Source: Rotaria socialis
Lineage: Eukaryota
NCBI GenBank assembly: GCA_905331295.1
Contig: CAJNYD010000051.1
Coordinates: forward strand, 1 to 64,000
Reading direction: 5' to 3'
DNA: 64,000 nt
A program made the translations under genes and the position numbers. The notes under the pieces were generated by a model. That model did no database searches, had not been told where the DNA came from, and saw nothing but the letters and a program-made list of their open reading frames with translations. Of the stretch, positions 10,138 to 23,559 are shown in pieces. How positions within the stretch are numbered: position 1 is the first letter of the stretch; the number at the start of each line of letters is the position of its first letter.

Positions 10138-11836
10138 TGCACTAGCAGAGTATAACGAAAATGCAAGGAATAACAGCAGAAAGGATATCTTATTGAAAGA
10201 ATAGCTCTATCTATATCGGTGAATATAGAAACATTGATACATTAGGTTTGGGATACAATTCCCTAAAAGAAAATTGACGAGCAAATCATATTCCGTTTTG
10301 TACAATTCTATCAACGGTACCAAACGATAAATATCTACTCCTTTAAAGCTTCATTTACGTTAAGCTCGCCATACATTTATAAAAAAAAACTTCAGTAATT
10401 TACTTGGTTTCTATCCTGAATTATGATTGTTGAGGGTTTGTGACTTTAGTTTTCTGTTAAAATGCTGTCTCTACGAAACATTCGAAAAATATCCATTTAT
10501 CAGGCACGTTGTCATCTTTTGAATTTTGTGACTTAAATATCTCGTAAAGGGATTGATCGATTTGCGTAAGAAGACAAGTTGTTTGCATGTTTTAATACTA
10601 AGGTACTAGAAGACTGAGTCTGAATGTTTCGTAATGGTAAAATGGAATATCTCAGTCAAATGAAAGCTAAGCCCTATGAGAATATGAAATTCATTTTTAT
10701 TATACGAACGCTCGTTTTTCGTATCAATTCTACAAATAAAATACGATTCAAACTCACATATATAAGGAATTAAAGAAAGTATATATTTCATTCTATTTCT
10801 TCAATCGTTTATCAACTCTTTTGCAGATCATATTGTCTTAAAAAAAGGCGAGCATGACCATTTTTCTCTACAGTTTTATGAGTTTTATTTAGTTCTAAAC
10901 ATATTCCTAGGCACTAAAAAGGACACCGAGTCAGAATCAAAAAAGAGCACTTTACATAAATAGAGCCAGAAAATAATTCTATTCGATACTTTCTTGTAAA
11001 CAGTACTTTTCTGTTGAAAAATAGAAAATCTAGAATCAATATTTCAATAGTCGAAACTAGAACAATATTGCTGAATCTCAAGGCTATACAAATTCTTTCG
11101 CAACTTTGAAAACAATAGCCATCATGTGGCATTTCATAGATAACTATTCGGTAATAATATAGCGTATCCAGTTTACTCCTCTAACTACTGTACTTCTGAA
11201 TTATTGCAATAAATAAACAGTATGAATTTAAAATTCAATAGTTTTCTGCTTCGCTAACATACAAAAGGGTGATTGTGTTTTGAAATGAGCCAATTTATTA
11301 TCTATCTCTTGTATCATGTAGGAATTAGCGAACAAATATTAAAAAAAGAGGAGACAGCATTATTACCATTTGGAGAAAGCTAAACGATTAATTATGCTGT
11401 GATTGGATTTTTCCGGATGCATGGTGATCGAAGATTTCTGAATGACTGATGATTATAGATGATTAGTAGCTTAGCTGTTCAACGACAGCACACCATGATT
11501 ATATATATGACCTGCTTCTGGAGGAATACATTACTGATTAATATTTGCTTGTACCATTCGCTCGTTTGAAAATCGTGAAATATTATTTTTTAATATGTGA
11601 TGCATGTTAGGCAAACAGTGATGAAGTTATGGGAAGACATCTCCAGTGCGACTCATTGAAAAATATTCGACCTTCATACAGCTGATTTGTTCTTTTGAAA
11701 ATCTGCCTTGATGAGTCATCGATTGATGATGTGTCGTCAAAGTAGAAGAAAAAGTTGCGCAATGGCAGTTCTGTTTATAAAGTAACACAACCACGGAGTA
11801 ACAGAATCTTCAATTTTATATAAACGGCTACTGAAA

Positions 11837-12943
11837 ATGTCTGCATTACTCAAGAAATCTCAAGTTATTATTGATTTAAATAAAATATTAAATTATGAAG
11901 ATACTTCAGAAATAAAACGAATGGAAACTGAATTCGAATCGAACGGTTGGTGTTTTGTTCTTCTACCAAATGAACTCATTTTGAATTCAAATTTAACCAA
12001 AAAACTGTTAAAGTTTTTTGAATTTTACGATGCTAAGAGTGTATTTTCGCAACGGCAGCAAATTTATGGCTACTCAAAAGTGAATCATAAAGAAGGTATC
12101 AAACTCTTGACTGGAAGCTATTTTGGTCAATTTGCAAGTAAAGCATTAGTACCAATAACACTTGTAGAACCATTAAATTATCTTTCACAAGTATTCGATG
12201 CTGTAACAAAGCGTTTGATTGAACTTCTTGATCAGAATTCAGTATTTCAACAGGAACCATCTTTATTATCTCTCATTGGACGTGCTGATCTTCCTTTACA
12301 AGATGAACATTTTGGTATGCTTGATATTGTAAACTATTTCAATGTAAAAAGTGGTTTTCAACCACCTAAAGATGGACAAACAACTGAAGAAGTTAATTGC
12401 GTTCCACATTATGATCAAGGTCTACTTTCAATTAGTATTCTATCGACACATGAAGGACTTCAGTTGAAAAATCTGATCAGTAACGAATGGGTAGATGGGC
12501 CTTTGGAAACGAATATGGGTGTTATATGGTTAGGAGAAGCAGCATCTAGAATAACAGAAAATCGTCTTAAACCAGGTATTCATCGAGTTATTTATCCTCA
12601 AGTATCAAAATCTCGACTTACAATATGGTATGAATTATGTACAATTGAACAATTAAAAAATATAAGTGCTGAGAACAAAAATGAAGTAATGAATAACGGA
12701 ACTGTTACATTTAAAAATCTTCCTTGGCTACCTCCAATGACTGTTTCGTCTGGTGAGACAAAACTTGATTTTTTGAAACGAGTTGAAATAGCAGCTGGTT
12801 TATCAATGAGTAAAACAGGTCCGCCGACTTATCAACTTGAAAAACATGTCATTACATATCCAATCACTGGATGGAAAGATCGATTTAAGAATATGCTGAT
12901 GTATGCAATAAATGTTTTCGCGAATGTTCAACAGAAGAACTAA
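11837..12943 (+). CDS. 2-oxoglutarate/Fe(II)-dependent dioxygenase (IPNS-like fold), intronless
   Basis: GWCFV N-terminal motif, HYD...H iron ligands (PHYDQGLLSI, GIHRV), EGLQL, RLT cosubstrate-binding position; 368-aa ORF. Confidence 0.85.
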   Translation: MSALLKKSQVIIDLNKILNYEDTSEIKRMETEFESNGWCFVLLPNELILNSNLTKKLLKFFEFYDAKSVFSQRQQIYGYSKVNHKEGIKLLTGSYFGQFASKALVPITLVEPLNYLSQVFDAVTKRLIELLDQNSVFQQEPSLLSLIGRADLPLQDEHFGMLDIVNYFNVKSGFQPPKDGQTTEEVNCVPHYDQGLLSISILSTHEGLQLKNLISNEWVDGPLETNMGVIWLGEAASRITENRLKPGIHRVIYPQVSKSRLTIWYELCTIEQLKNISAENKNEVMNNGTVTFKNLPWLPPMTVSSGETKLDFLKRVEIAAGLSMSKTGPPTYQLEKHVITYPITGWKDRFKNMLMYAINVFANVQQKN

Positions 12944-13064
12944 TTAGATTCGCAGTGCAGAGTTCGAAATCAATGTTGTTGCATTTATTTTAAACATCTC
13001 AGAAGCATCACAATCGAAATAATAATTAGTACCAAACTTGTTTTCTTCTTTTTTCTGAAGTTTA

Positions 13065-13199
13065 CCCATGTTGCGAATACCGGATCATTTTTTGCGGTAA
13101 ACTGCGGTATTTTATCCGTTCTGCGGTAATGGGAGCCGGTAACCGGATCGGTAAAACCGCGGTTAACTGCCGATTTTCATGCGGCTTTTATTACATGGG
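13065..13199. mobile_element. MITE with CCCATGT termini
   Basis: TA-CCCATGT...ACATGGG-TA; internal GCGGTA/ACCG repeats. Confidence 0.7.
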
Positions 13200-13687
13200 T
13201 AAGAACTTGATAACTGAAACGAAGATGGATATATTGTTGTGTCGATATTGATGGCACGCTTCGATGATTCTCCTTCCTTCTCTTTCTGTTCTCATTCCAT
13301 TGTTCTAATGTATCTCTCTCCTGTCTCTCTTCTATCTCTCTCCTATATATACGTGCGTCATGTATGAAGTTGTTACACTCTGGAGATGTCAGATGACACA
13401 ATACACCATCATGCCGACGGACATAGGCGACACTCTCTAGTTTTGTCGTTACACTCTGGATAACTTGAAGTAGCCTAATAAATATCTTTGCCGAGAGTGG
13501 CACAAGCTACTCTAATCAAGTTGTTCGTTACAATTGTGATCCATTATAATGATTGCATTGTCATTTTACGGGCAACAGGATACGCACGAAAGTCTCATTA
13601 ATAAACTTGCTACAGCCTAATTAAAGAAGAGTAAGATGGTGTTATTGAATACTCACAACTATAAGACGATGATTGTGATTTCAAATT

Positions 13688-13932
13688 TGGGGTGTGGGTG
13701 TGGGTGGGTGCGTTTTAGCATACTACGGCCGGTTTCATCTTTGCTGAAGCGACTCATAAGGCAGCTTACATCTTTTCAATTATTCGAAATGGTCTAGAGA
13801 TCACAAATAAGTTATTTGACCTGAGATACATATCTAAGTATTTCGAGTGGAAATTCTGGGTGTAGGTGTGGGTATGATAAGCAACCCCAATACAGATTGT
13901 ATTTCATAATTACAAAGTAATTATCACGTGGC
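13688..13932 (-). mobile_element. Decayed Athena/PLE terminal remnant: two degenerate hammerheads each followed by telomere-type repeats
   Basis: Minus strand 13764-13723: CTGC-CTTATGA-GTC..GAT-GAAACCGGCC-GTAG, then (CCCACA)n at 13689-13710. Minus strand 13932-13884: GCCAC-GTGATAA..GAAATACA-ATC-TGTATT-GGGGT, then CCCACACCTACACCCA. Confidence 0.55.
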
Positions 13933-13946
13933 TAAGTATTAGTATA

Positions 13947-15122
13947 GGGTGAGTCCATGGGAATCCTACCACTTTTTGGGAAAAGTTTCTTTCTCAATTT
14001 TTTCGCGGAAATGACCAAACAGAGCTAGAAAACGTGTTTCATCAAAAACAAATGGTAACCTTTCTAATAAAAGTTGTGACTTCTAGGTCGTTTTCTCGGT
14101 ACATATCGTTATTTTGACAGCAGTGTCCAAGAACTGAGAAATAGGAAGTCCTAATCTGCCGAGGAATTGTTAGTGCCGCTGTGATAATTCGTAGAGAAAA
14201 TAGGAATCAACCATTGGTTCGCTCACAATTCCACCATTCACGAAAGTCGCGATATTACTCTTTTTTTAAATAATTTGTGCACGGAACTATTGATTCTCAC
14301 AATTTTGTAGGTGAAGATTTGTCTGAGAACAAAAATTATTGTGAATATTCCATTTTTTTATCTTCAGTACGCAATGAACTGTAGGGAAACTGAAGAGGAA
14401 TTCCTAATTCTCAGCCCTTGGGCACCCCTCAATTTTTTCAATAAGTAACTAAAATAATTACTAATTTTTTACATACACAACGTAGAAACGATCTATACGA
14501 ATTCCTATCGATCAATATTTCTCGTATATTATCAGATACCAAACTGTAGCACTTGAAAAGGTCTATCGAGTCATGCTAATATTAGCTCGACTGGTCACGG
14601 TTTTGCTTGATGAAAACTCTGATTACTATTAATGATTAGACTCTGTGTACATGCAGCATTCATGGACTGATTCTACTGGCTTAGTCACTGGAAAATCAAG
14701 CTTTTAAGGAATGAATACACTAAAAGTATTGTTTATAAGAGTTCTAGACAGGTATTATCACATTTTTCAAGGCGACCGATTTCTCCACAAAACCCCCATC
14801 CTTATTTTCGTTAGAAGTTACTCCTGGTTTTTGCGATAGAAAACGTTTCTTGGAGTCCTTTGATCAATTCATGAAAAACAAAAGGATCTGGAAGATCTCA
14901 TTCATCTGTTTGGTTCACTTCTATTAATGTGCAGTCACTAGAGCTCTTCAAACACAACGATGTGTACCGAGAAAACGACCTAGAAGTCACAACTTTTATC
15001 AGAAAAGTTACCATTTGTTTTTGAAGAAACACTCTTTCTAGCTCTGTTTGGTCATTTCCGCGAAAAAAAATTGAGAAAAAAACCTTTTTCCAAAAAGTGG
15101 TAGGAGTCCCACGGACTTACCC
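13947..15122. mobile_element. Non-autonomous DNA transposon with about 165-bp TIRs
   Basis: 13947-14110 is the near-exact reverse complement of 14957-15122 (GGGTRAGTCC...GTTGTGACTTCTAGGTCGTTTTCTCGGTACA); no ORF inside. Confidence 0.85.
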
Positions 15123-16590
15123 ATTTATTACAAAACCAAAATAATGGCGCATAAGAAATGAGAATTTAGAGTGAAGAATTTCTTCATTCAATCGGTGAAT
15201 AGCTTTTTTTGAAATACTCGAGAAAATCCACGCAATAATATAGATGCAGAAGTAGTGCAAGGGTGTGTGTTTGACTTCGCTAGTGTGATTGGGGTTGGTT
15301 CTAAAATGAAAATTTTTAATGCATCTGTAAAAATAAGTGTGACCAGCACACAGGCCAATATCTAATCCTCATTGACTTCATCCACACTTTTCCATATCAA
15401 CGTTCGTGCCCATCACATTATGTATGCTGTATGAGTACCTTATGATGCATAAACATGCACCATGAATTATATAAACTACTTGAGTTTTACGAACGAATTT
15501 TTGTTGAAATAAAAGTAGTCTTTTTCATTTAAAAAAGAGAAAACAACTCGCTCATTATTATATGCACATATAAAAGCAGTTGTTTATCGTAGCTGAACAT
15601 CAATATTTTTAGTGGGCAGGCTTAGTCGCAATTGTTTGCGAAGGTAAAAGAGTTTGAAACTTTCTGTGACACTTGATCTCATTTGCTTGACTCGTTTTTT
15701 TTCCACGTTAATAAACAACGATCAGAAACTGAAACAAACTACATGCCCCTTGTAATAGTATCTTCACTTACCTTTGATATTTGCAGCAATAGTTCAGTTT
15801 ATGTTCGACTCAATTCGGTTTACCCTAATAACATATATTTATGAGTAAGTAATGAATAAATTTTCACCATTGCCAATCAATTAGAAGTTAGTATCATCCC
15901 ATGTATCATATATCAAAATTTTACTCCTATTATTAAGAAACCTCTGTGCTTATGGTAACCTCTAAGCACTAGAATAGTTTATTTATCAAAATAAAAACAG
16001 AAACTACCAAAATGAAGTAAGAAATGAATAAAAAAAAAGAAATATGTTATGCAGGTGTAGTTCGCAATCAAATGCACATTCAGTGTACTTGCTGTAAAGA
16101 GAATGTGGGTGTTGGCCCTCCCTTTCATTTAGAACTACACTTATACCTATGCAATTTATGTATTGTAGAATCATTGAAAGAATGACTATAGCTTGTTGTG
16201 ATACAAAAATAAATTTTATATCAACTTGAATCTGTAGGAATTCATATATTTATCACTATTTTCAAATAGTTAACTATCATCATCGAATCATTCATTGTTT
16301 TTCTTGTTGAGTAAAATATAATTTTTATCTTTCTGATCTAGTTTAGTAATATTTATCCTTTCGATTTTGTTTCATTCGACTTCATCTTTAAAGTACTATT
16401 TCGAATAAAGTATATTAATCTTTATTTTTAAGCAGCCAATTAGTTCGGTTTTATGTTCAGTGTGTGCCAAAAACACCAGCGCTGACAAAAATGTATTTCG
16501 TGATTAATGAAATAGCTCGATTCAGGAAACATATCTGAATCCCCCGATTTCTGAAATTTTAAGATTGCTGATCCCAAGCAGTACTGTAAT

Positions 16591-16806
16591 CCCAGGTCGT
16601 GGCAGTACGGCGGGAAACGACCGGAAAATTCCGGAAATCGCCCGAAGGTGTCTGCAGTATTCCGGCTGGAAACCCACGGATTTTTTTCTGGTAGATTCTG
16701 ATCAACTTCCGGCGACTTACCATGTTTTTCCACGAAATACGATGATTTTTCCGTATCTTTCCAGCCGGTTCATACAGTATTCGGTGACCGGCATGATCGA
16801 CCTGGG
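16591..16806. mobile_element. MITE of the CCCAGGT...CCTGGG family
   Basis: TIR CCCAGGTCG/CGACCTGGG, CCGGA-rich interior; related to the elements at 22660 and 49235. Confidence 0.75.
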
Positions 16807-17773
16807 AAATTTTAAATAGATTCTATTTAACAGTGTAGTTGAATTGAATGCCGACAGAACAGAATCTCTTCTAAAAAAATAAGACACTGCATTTGACGGC
16901 AAGTCGATATTGACACACTTTCTCCCTCGATAGTTACAAATGATTCATGCCCAGTCACTTTCAGCTTCAAGCGAAAAACCAAAATTGCATATTAAGAATC
17001 AAAATGCTTTTCTCTTCTATTATATACTCGACTATTTACTGAAGTATTGGCTGACTCTAGGGAAAATTCTGCCAATGCAGCTTGTAAACCTCTCCTATTT
17101 GACTTCTTAATTAAGTTTGTGACTTTCATTGGGCAAAACAAAGAAGTAGTGTGTTTTAGAGTATCAAAGAAAGAACTCTGAGTATTTAGTGAATTTTTCG
17201 GATGCAATAATACAAGATCGGTCAAGTATAAAATTCATTTAAGCAAGATATTGTACAACTACCTGAGAAATTTGCTGATACTCTTTCAATAAAATAGTTT
17301 AAAATATATATCTGCCACATTCAATAAGTTTTAATAGCTTTTAAATTAGACTTTATTCACTATTTTATTTGGCATAGCCAAAGCTAAAAGTGTGAAAAAT
17401 TACACATATTCTCATTCACAATGATCTACAGATATATGACGAAGCTTTCGACAAGACACTAAATTTCTTGAATTGCTCTTCGACACAGACATATTCTGAA
17501 CAAAAATTTGACGTCCATAGTGATGTATCCTTAGTAATAGTTTTATTTCTTCGAAGAATAGTATATTGCCACATTTTAACATCTATATGTTATTTGTGCA
17601 GTTTCTACAAAGAAACAGTTTGAATTGTACAAAGACCCGATGCTGATTGATAGAGCTCATAGGGAAACAAATAAGGAAATAAAATAAATAAGAACACAAA
17701 TAAATAACCGAATGGCTACAAGAACGGAGTAAAAATAGAATCAAAGATCAGTATTCTATTTATTTTGTTCGTT

Positions 17774-18739
17774 TTACTGTTTCTCTGTTTTCTGCTTATG
17801 TGCTCGCCATGCTTTATCAGTACCATGCAGACGATCGAGTATGCCTAACAGTCCGAAGTTGGCTGTAAAATGTGAATGATGAAAGTCATGAAAACTGGGA
17901 TTGGCTAGACCAGTACTAAGTATACCGGGTATAAGATAACCACAATGATGATTTATAGTACCTGCGACAGCAATCAAAAGCCAAATCCACGTGGTAAGTA
18001 AATGAGAACGAAATAACACAGGACCTGCGATGACAGATGTCATACTGGATACGATGAATTCAATCGGATGAGAATATTCTGAAACAATGCCAATCGGTGC
18101 ACGAAAGTAATGATGTTGCTTGTGTACCCGTTCGTATATCACTGGCAGATGCTAAAGATAAACGAAAGATAGAATTAGTATTCAATATAAAGATATGTAC
18201 GGTAAAATAATTATTTAGCATTGTTTCTTACAAGAAAAAGATGGCTGTAATAAAAGACAACTTCAGTTGTAATAATAAAGCCAGCTAGTTCAAACAGGAT
18301 CTGATACCTAAGACACGTAATTTAACGAGTGCTAAAATATGCAAACAAAATATTGTTTTATAATATTACCATGGTGGTAATGGCCTATGCCAAAGTATGC
18401 CGCGGCGCATCAGCAATGGATAAGTGAGTATGAGTGCAGGAAGCATAATAAATACTTGATTGAACAACACCGTTTTTACGCACAATTTCAAAGATTTGGC
18501 ATCTACATCAATATTCTGGAAATAAATTTGATTAGTAGTTGATTGGAAAAGAAAATGAGCGTTGCTATTACCTTTTGTATCTTGAAACGATATGCTTGTT
18601 TTGGAAAGAGAACATTAGTGTAGAGTAGAAGAAGTCCATTGTAGATCCAAAACGTGGCTTGATGAATTGCAAAAGTACCAATACTAATTAGTATCGGATC
18701 CGAAAAGGCATTTATTTCGAAACCTAACATGTTGCTCAT
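17774..18739 (-). CDS. Fatty acid hydroxylase / sterol desaturase family protein (FAXDC2-like); exons 18739..18572, 18515..18370, 18307..18232, 18151..17774 (about 255 aa)
   Basis: His boxes HLFLH, HKQHH, NHHCG, HDFHH; YKIQ-like FKIQK; NFGLLGILDRLHGTD C-terminus. Three GT-AG introns give an open frame. Confidence 0.9.
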
Positions 18740-21700
18740 GCGCAGACGCTTTCTTCTTTACTTATCGTAGCCTATTTTGATATAAAATGATATGCTTCTT
18801 CATTGTGGACATATTTACGAGAAGATAGGAGCAAATAAAAAACAACAACACCAAGATAGAGGCATATAACAAGACTAAATGACAATGTGCGATGAGGGTA
18901 TGAGCGAGGGTAAGACTCAACTACATACTCGAACTCTTCGTCTACGTGTAGAGGTGTTCTATCAAATTTGAGTGTTTTAGATCGATGCAACAAGAGCTAT
19001 ACGCCTGACTTTTTTTTGCACTAAATATTACGTTGATGATAATGATAGATTTTTTAAGTGTAACATTCATCTCGAGTTTTCGTCAAATACTAGCTGAAAT
19101 TAATAAGTAGTTCACAGTAAATGACTTCCTCAGTATTGTATGAATATATCTTTCAATTTTCATAGTTTCGGACTGAAATTTTTAAAGAAAATTCAGCGTT
19201 CTATTCTCTACAAAAATATATTCAAGTGAATGCCACAGAGGTTAAAGCAAATAAAATATTGTATCACTACTACGAGCATCTAACATGATCAACTTTCAAA
19301 CACAGAGTACAGTTTTCTTGTATTTATATTTTGATGCTGAGCTCAAAAACTTCTCACAACAAAAATATATAATTTAAAAATAAGCCATCCTTTTTTCAAA
19401 TTCCTAATAGACAGCGTTTGCTCATTATTATTTTCTTTAAATGCTTATTTATTAATTTAGCCAAAAATAATTCCTTTGTTGGAAAATCTATAGAAGTACG
19501 TTTGTCATTCGCATTTCTACCTATACTTAAGTTACCTATCTATCTATCTGTCTATGTACAGGAGTATTTCTTTGCTGATCAAAGTTCAGCGATATTATCA
19601 ATAAGATTTATCGTGTGTTGTACACATTCATATTCATGTCCACATGTTTCCTCTGAGAATCATCACCTGAGTTACAACAAGAGACGAGAAGTAACAAACA
19701 TACTACAATGCACCTAATAAGACATGATCAGTAAGTCTGACAGCAAAATGAATAATCGATCAATCGAAAACGTTGCTAATGAACAAAACTAATAAAATCT
19801 TTCGCAATTTTATGTATTTAAGTTATTAATCTTCTTTCGGGCTCACTATTTATTAACTCTTAGAAGAGTTCTTATTTTTTTTTCTTTCTAGTTACTCGAT
19901 GTAGATATCATTTTTGTAATTTTCTTTGAGAGTTCTGTATCGAAAAGGAAAAGTTAGATAATGTTTGATCTCTGATCCATCAACCACTTCAGGTCACTCG
20001 CTCCTGTACCAAACCATTTAAAAACACGGCTTGAAAATCCGATAAACAATGGATTATAACGGCATGAATAAAATCTTATTTTAATGAGATTTTCAGCATC
20101 AAAAGTACCTCATTCAATCCTGACATTTTCTTGCTCTCAACACAAACACAGAAACCCTATTGAACGTATTAAGTAGAGATAAAATCAAATGGGATTTGTT
20201 GTTTTTTAGACTGAGACTTTCATTCTAGCCAGATTGCAATAGTGCTTTGATAATCAATTTTTTATTTCATTTTTAATCGTATTTTTTATCGAATTTCCAT
20301 ATATTTTGAAAGAACATAGAGAGTGTAAGTTGTAAGGCGAAGTTTTCGTTGAATTCTCACGTACCCTAGTCCATTCTGTCCACTGCAAACGTTACACTTA
20401 TGAAAAATCCACATTCGCATAGAAAAACAGCAAAACGTACTCACAACAGATACCGGAAACGAGTCTACGATAGTAGTACCGACGTAAATAAATATATTAT
20501 ATCCAAACTAAAAATCTTCGCTTCATCTATTTTTGATCAACTTGACAAGACTATATGATTTATGTGAGTTTCAAATTTTAGCATCGATGAGGGTACACTA
20601 AAATATGCTTTGTTTTATACGGCTAGTGCGGTTTTATTCTCACCCAACATGTTGTTGCTTTGAGTGCATCATAATCCAAAATTCCAGAAGAGTGTTCAAA
20701 CTACTTAATTGTGTTACTTCAATGTGCATGAAATCAGTGACACCTGAAATGACGATTACTAAATTCTCCACTGATATTAAATGTTTCTACAGTTCTCTGT
20801 ACCAATAGTAGAGCTAAATCCAGAATCTGAGATGAATAACCTATGTGATTAGTACATTCGCAACAGGCATTTTCTATCCTGTAATTGACTGAAGTTAAGT
20901 TTTCGAATGACTATTTTTTTGAAAAAAGCAAACTATGGAATTCCAGATTAGAACACACAACAAGACTATTTCTGTATTTTATGGTATTTTTTAAGGCACT
21001 GTTGCTTCCCCATGTAAACACAAAACGGTTAGAAATCATATGAGTAATCGATTATAATGGCACTATTATACTCAGATTCAAAAAGATTAAGTCAAATGAA
21101 ATCTATCTTTAGCTTGAAAAATCTTATTAAAATTTTATTATAATAGTACCATTATGGTCGAGTTTTGATTTTTCTTTTTTTTGCATGGGAGTATCTATGT
21201 TGACTTTTTTTCTAATCTTCTGTGAAGCATATCAGTTTAAACTCGTATAGTAACGTTAATTTTAGTCATATTTTTATCTTCAAAAAAAAAACGATCTTTG
21301 TAGTGTTGCGTAAGTTTACTTTTTACCTGCTTTTAAATACTCGACTCAATCACGAGAGATTGCTGTTCTATGTCAAGTTATGTTGCAAACTGAAAACTAT
21401 AGAGTAATCTTTAAAATACGTTTTCAGAGCATTAAGATTGTATGCATAGCTTTTTTCATTGTTCTCTGGAAGCTTCCGTTTTCTAGCGAAGATGATCCAG
21501 AAATGGCAACTCCTGAAGAACCTTGTATATTTTGCATTTTGAAACGAATAGAATGTACTAGACGAGATTCTTTGAATTCCGTCGTGGAAAATCGATATCA
21601 ACTATAGTGTTACACTCTATGTTAGCATTTGTATAATTAATGAATTCTATTTTGGTTTTTACTGTTAAATATCGATAAGATAGAAGCTTTAAAATATGAT

Positions 21701-22252
21701 AGTAACATTTGATCTTATCACTACTACTGTTGAAGCATGTACGAATTATGTTGTGGTCGTCAGTATTTTTTAATCACTTGTAATTTAACGCTTGTCCTAC
21801 TCAAACATTTTCAAAAGGAGTGTGACAGTTTAGTTTTAGTTCCTATCAAAAGAACTGTTCAGACGGTTCTTGAGATTTGATCTGAACTTAGATCTGAGAA
21901 CTGTTACACCTAATTTTCAACACAAAGGAACATTCGAGCATGAAATTTTCTATGAATCGTTCAACGCTCATTCTGATACCGTAGAATGCTCAGATAGCAC
22001 AATCGTGACAACAGTAGCAAGTAAAAGGCTAGAAAAAAGAAATATTATTTGAGTTCTACGCAAATACGATGCACACTAAGAAGTAAGATTATAGAGATTA
22101 GAAAAGAAATGAAATCTCGTCAGAAACAAATTACCATTCTTTGAATTCATTGTAGTTGGTGTTCGCTCTTAGAACTTCGATGCTTCATTGATATTAAAAC
22201 GAATACATTTAGGAGAAATGTAAAAAGTGACTGAATAGAATGTATTCCTACG

Positions 22253-23364
22253 GGTACATCGACACTTGAGCGCTCATTGATTAAATGTAAATAAAAAAAT
22301 ATCAATATTCGATCACTTAATTCAATTCAAAACTAATGAACAAAAACATGCGACACTTTCAAATGAGATTGATCACATACTATTAAATGTCTCCATACTA
22401 ATCCGTAAGAAAGCGAATAAGTTTTTGAACTAAATCTTGTTATCTTTATACATTGAATTAGTGATATATCTCATTAGATTATTATTATTATATAATGTCA
22501 ACTGTTAAATCCTCAAAAAATAGGGATCAACTTCTTTTTGATGGCTTTCGCTACAGATGTGACAAGAAATCTCAAGCCATCTGGTGGTGCTGTAAAAACA
22601 ATTGTGGAGGTCGTGCGTGTTTCGATGTTGCAATATATATGAAATTCAAAGATCATATTCCCAGGTGAATCAATCCGATACCGAATCCCATCGGATTCTA
22701 TGGGGTCCTACCATCCGACGAAATCCCGTTGGATTCCTGGTTGAGGAATCAATGTCGGATCCTACAATCGTATTTCCAATGATATCCGATTGTCGGAACC
22801 AATGAAATCCGAAGCATTCCGGTTCCGATTGACGGTTACTGTCGGATTTTATTAGTTTCCGATATTAGGATCCAATATCGATTCTGGAACCAGGAATCCG
22901 ACGATAATCCGATAGCTTCCTCGCGCCTTCCGAAGAGCTCCGTCGGATTCCAATAGGAACCGATCGGAACTCATCGGATCCTAGGCTAGGATTCATTCTC
23001 CTGGGTTCATGCACCTAATCCTGAAGAAGCAATGACTTATTCTTTCCTTTTTAGCACTTGGTACGACAAACACATCGATATATGAACCAATAAATGACTT
23101 ACAAATGGAACAGCATGCTAGTTTAATAATGGCTGAACAATTACAAGCTGGACTTGTGAAAAAAGTTAATCGAATAAAATATGAACTCTTGGATGAACAA
23201 TTACAACAACTTGTTCCTTCTTTTGATTTAATAGCAAGAGAAGTATTTTTTAAACGAGCAAGAGCCCTCTTCTATTTTTGATGTAAATCTGATTCATTCA
23301 AATAAAATTATTTTCTTGTATTCTTTAATCATTTGTTTAATGGGCGCTCAGCTGTCATGCCACC
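22253..23364 (+). mobile_element. Internally deleted MULE (Mutator-like) element with FLYWCH-domain transposase remnants
   Basis: 9-bp TSD ATTCCTACG (22244-22252 / 23365-23373); imperfect TIR GGT..ATCGACA..TGAGCGC.CATT. Remnant peptides DGFRY...WWCCKNNCGGRA...DHIHAP (FLYWCH) and IYEPINDLQMEQ...LLDEQLQQL. Confidence 0.8.
22660..23005. mobile_element. CCCAGG-family MITE nested in the MULE remnant
   Basis: TIR CCCAGG(T/A)GAAT, TT dinucleotide on both flanks, ATCCGA/TCGGAT repeats; splits the DHI/HAP coding sequence. Confidence 0.8.
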
Positions 23365-23559
23365 ATTCCTACGAGAATTCCATTAGAAACGTATGGTTTG
23401 AAGAGTTTATGAAACGTTAGAGGAAAAAGTGTTTATTATTAATCATGCTAGCTATAAAAAAAAGATCTTGTTGTTGATTGTAATTGAGCTTTCACATTAT
23501 TCTTCATTATATGTTCAACGTGGAATTTTGGCACTGAACAATTAATTTTTTTGAAAGAC

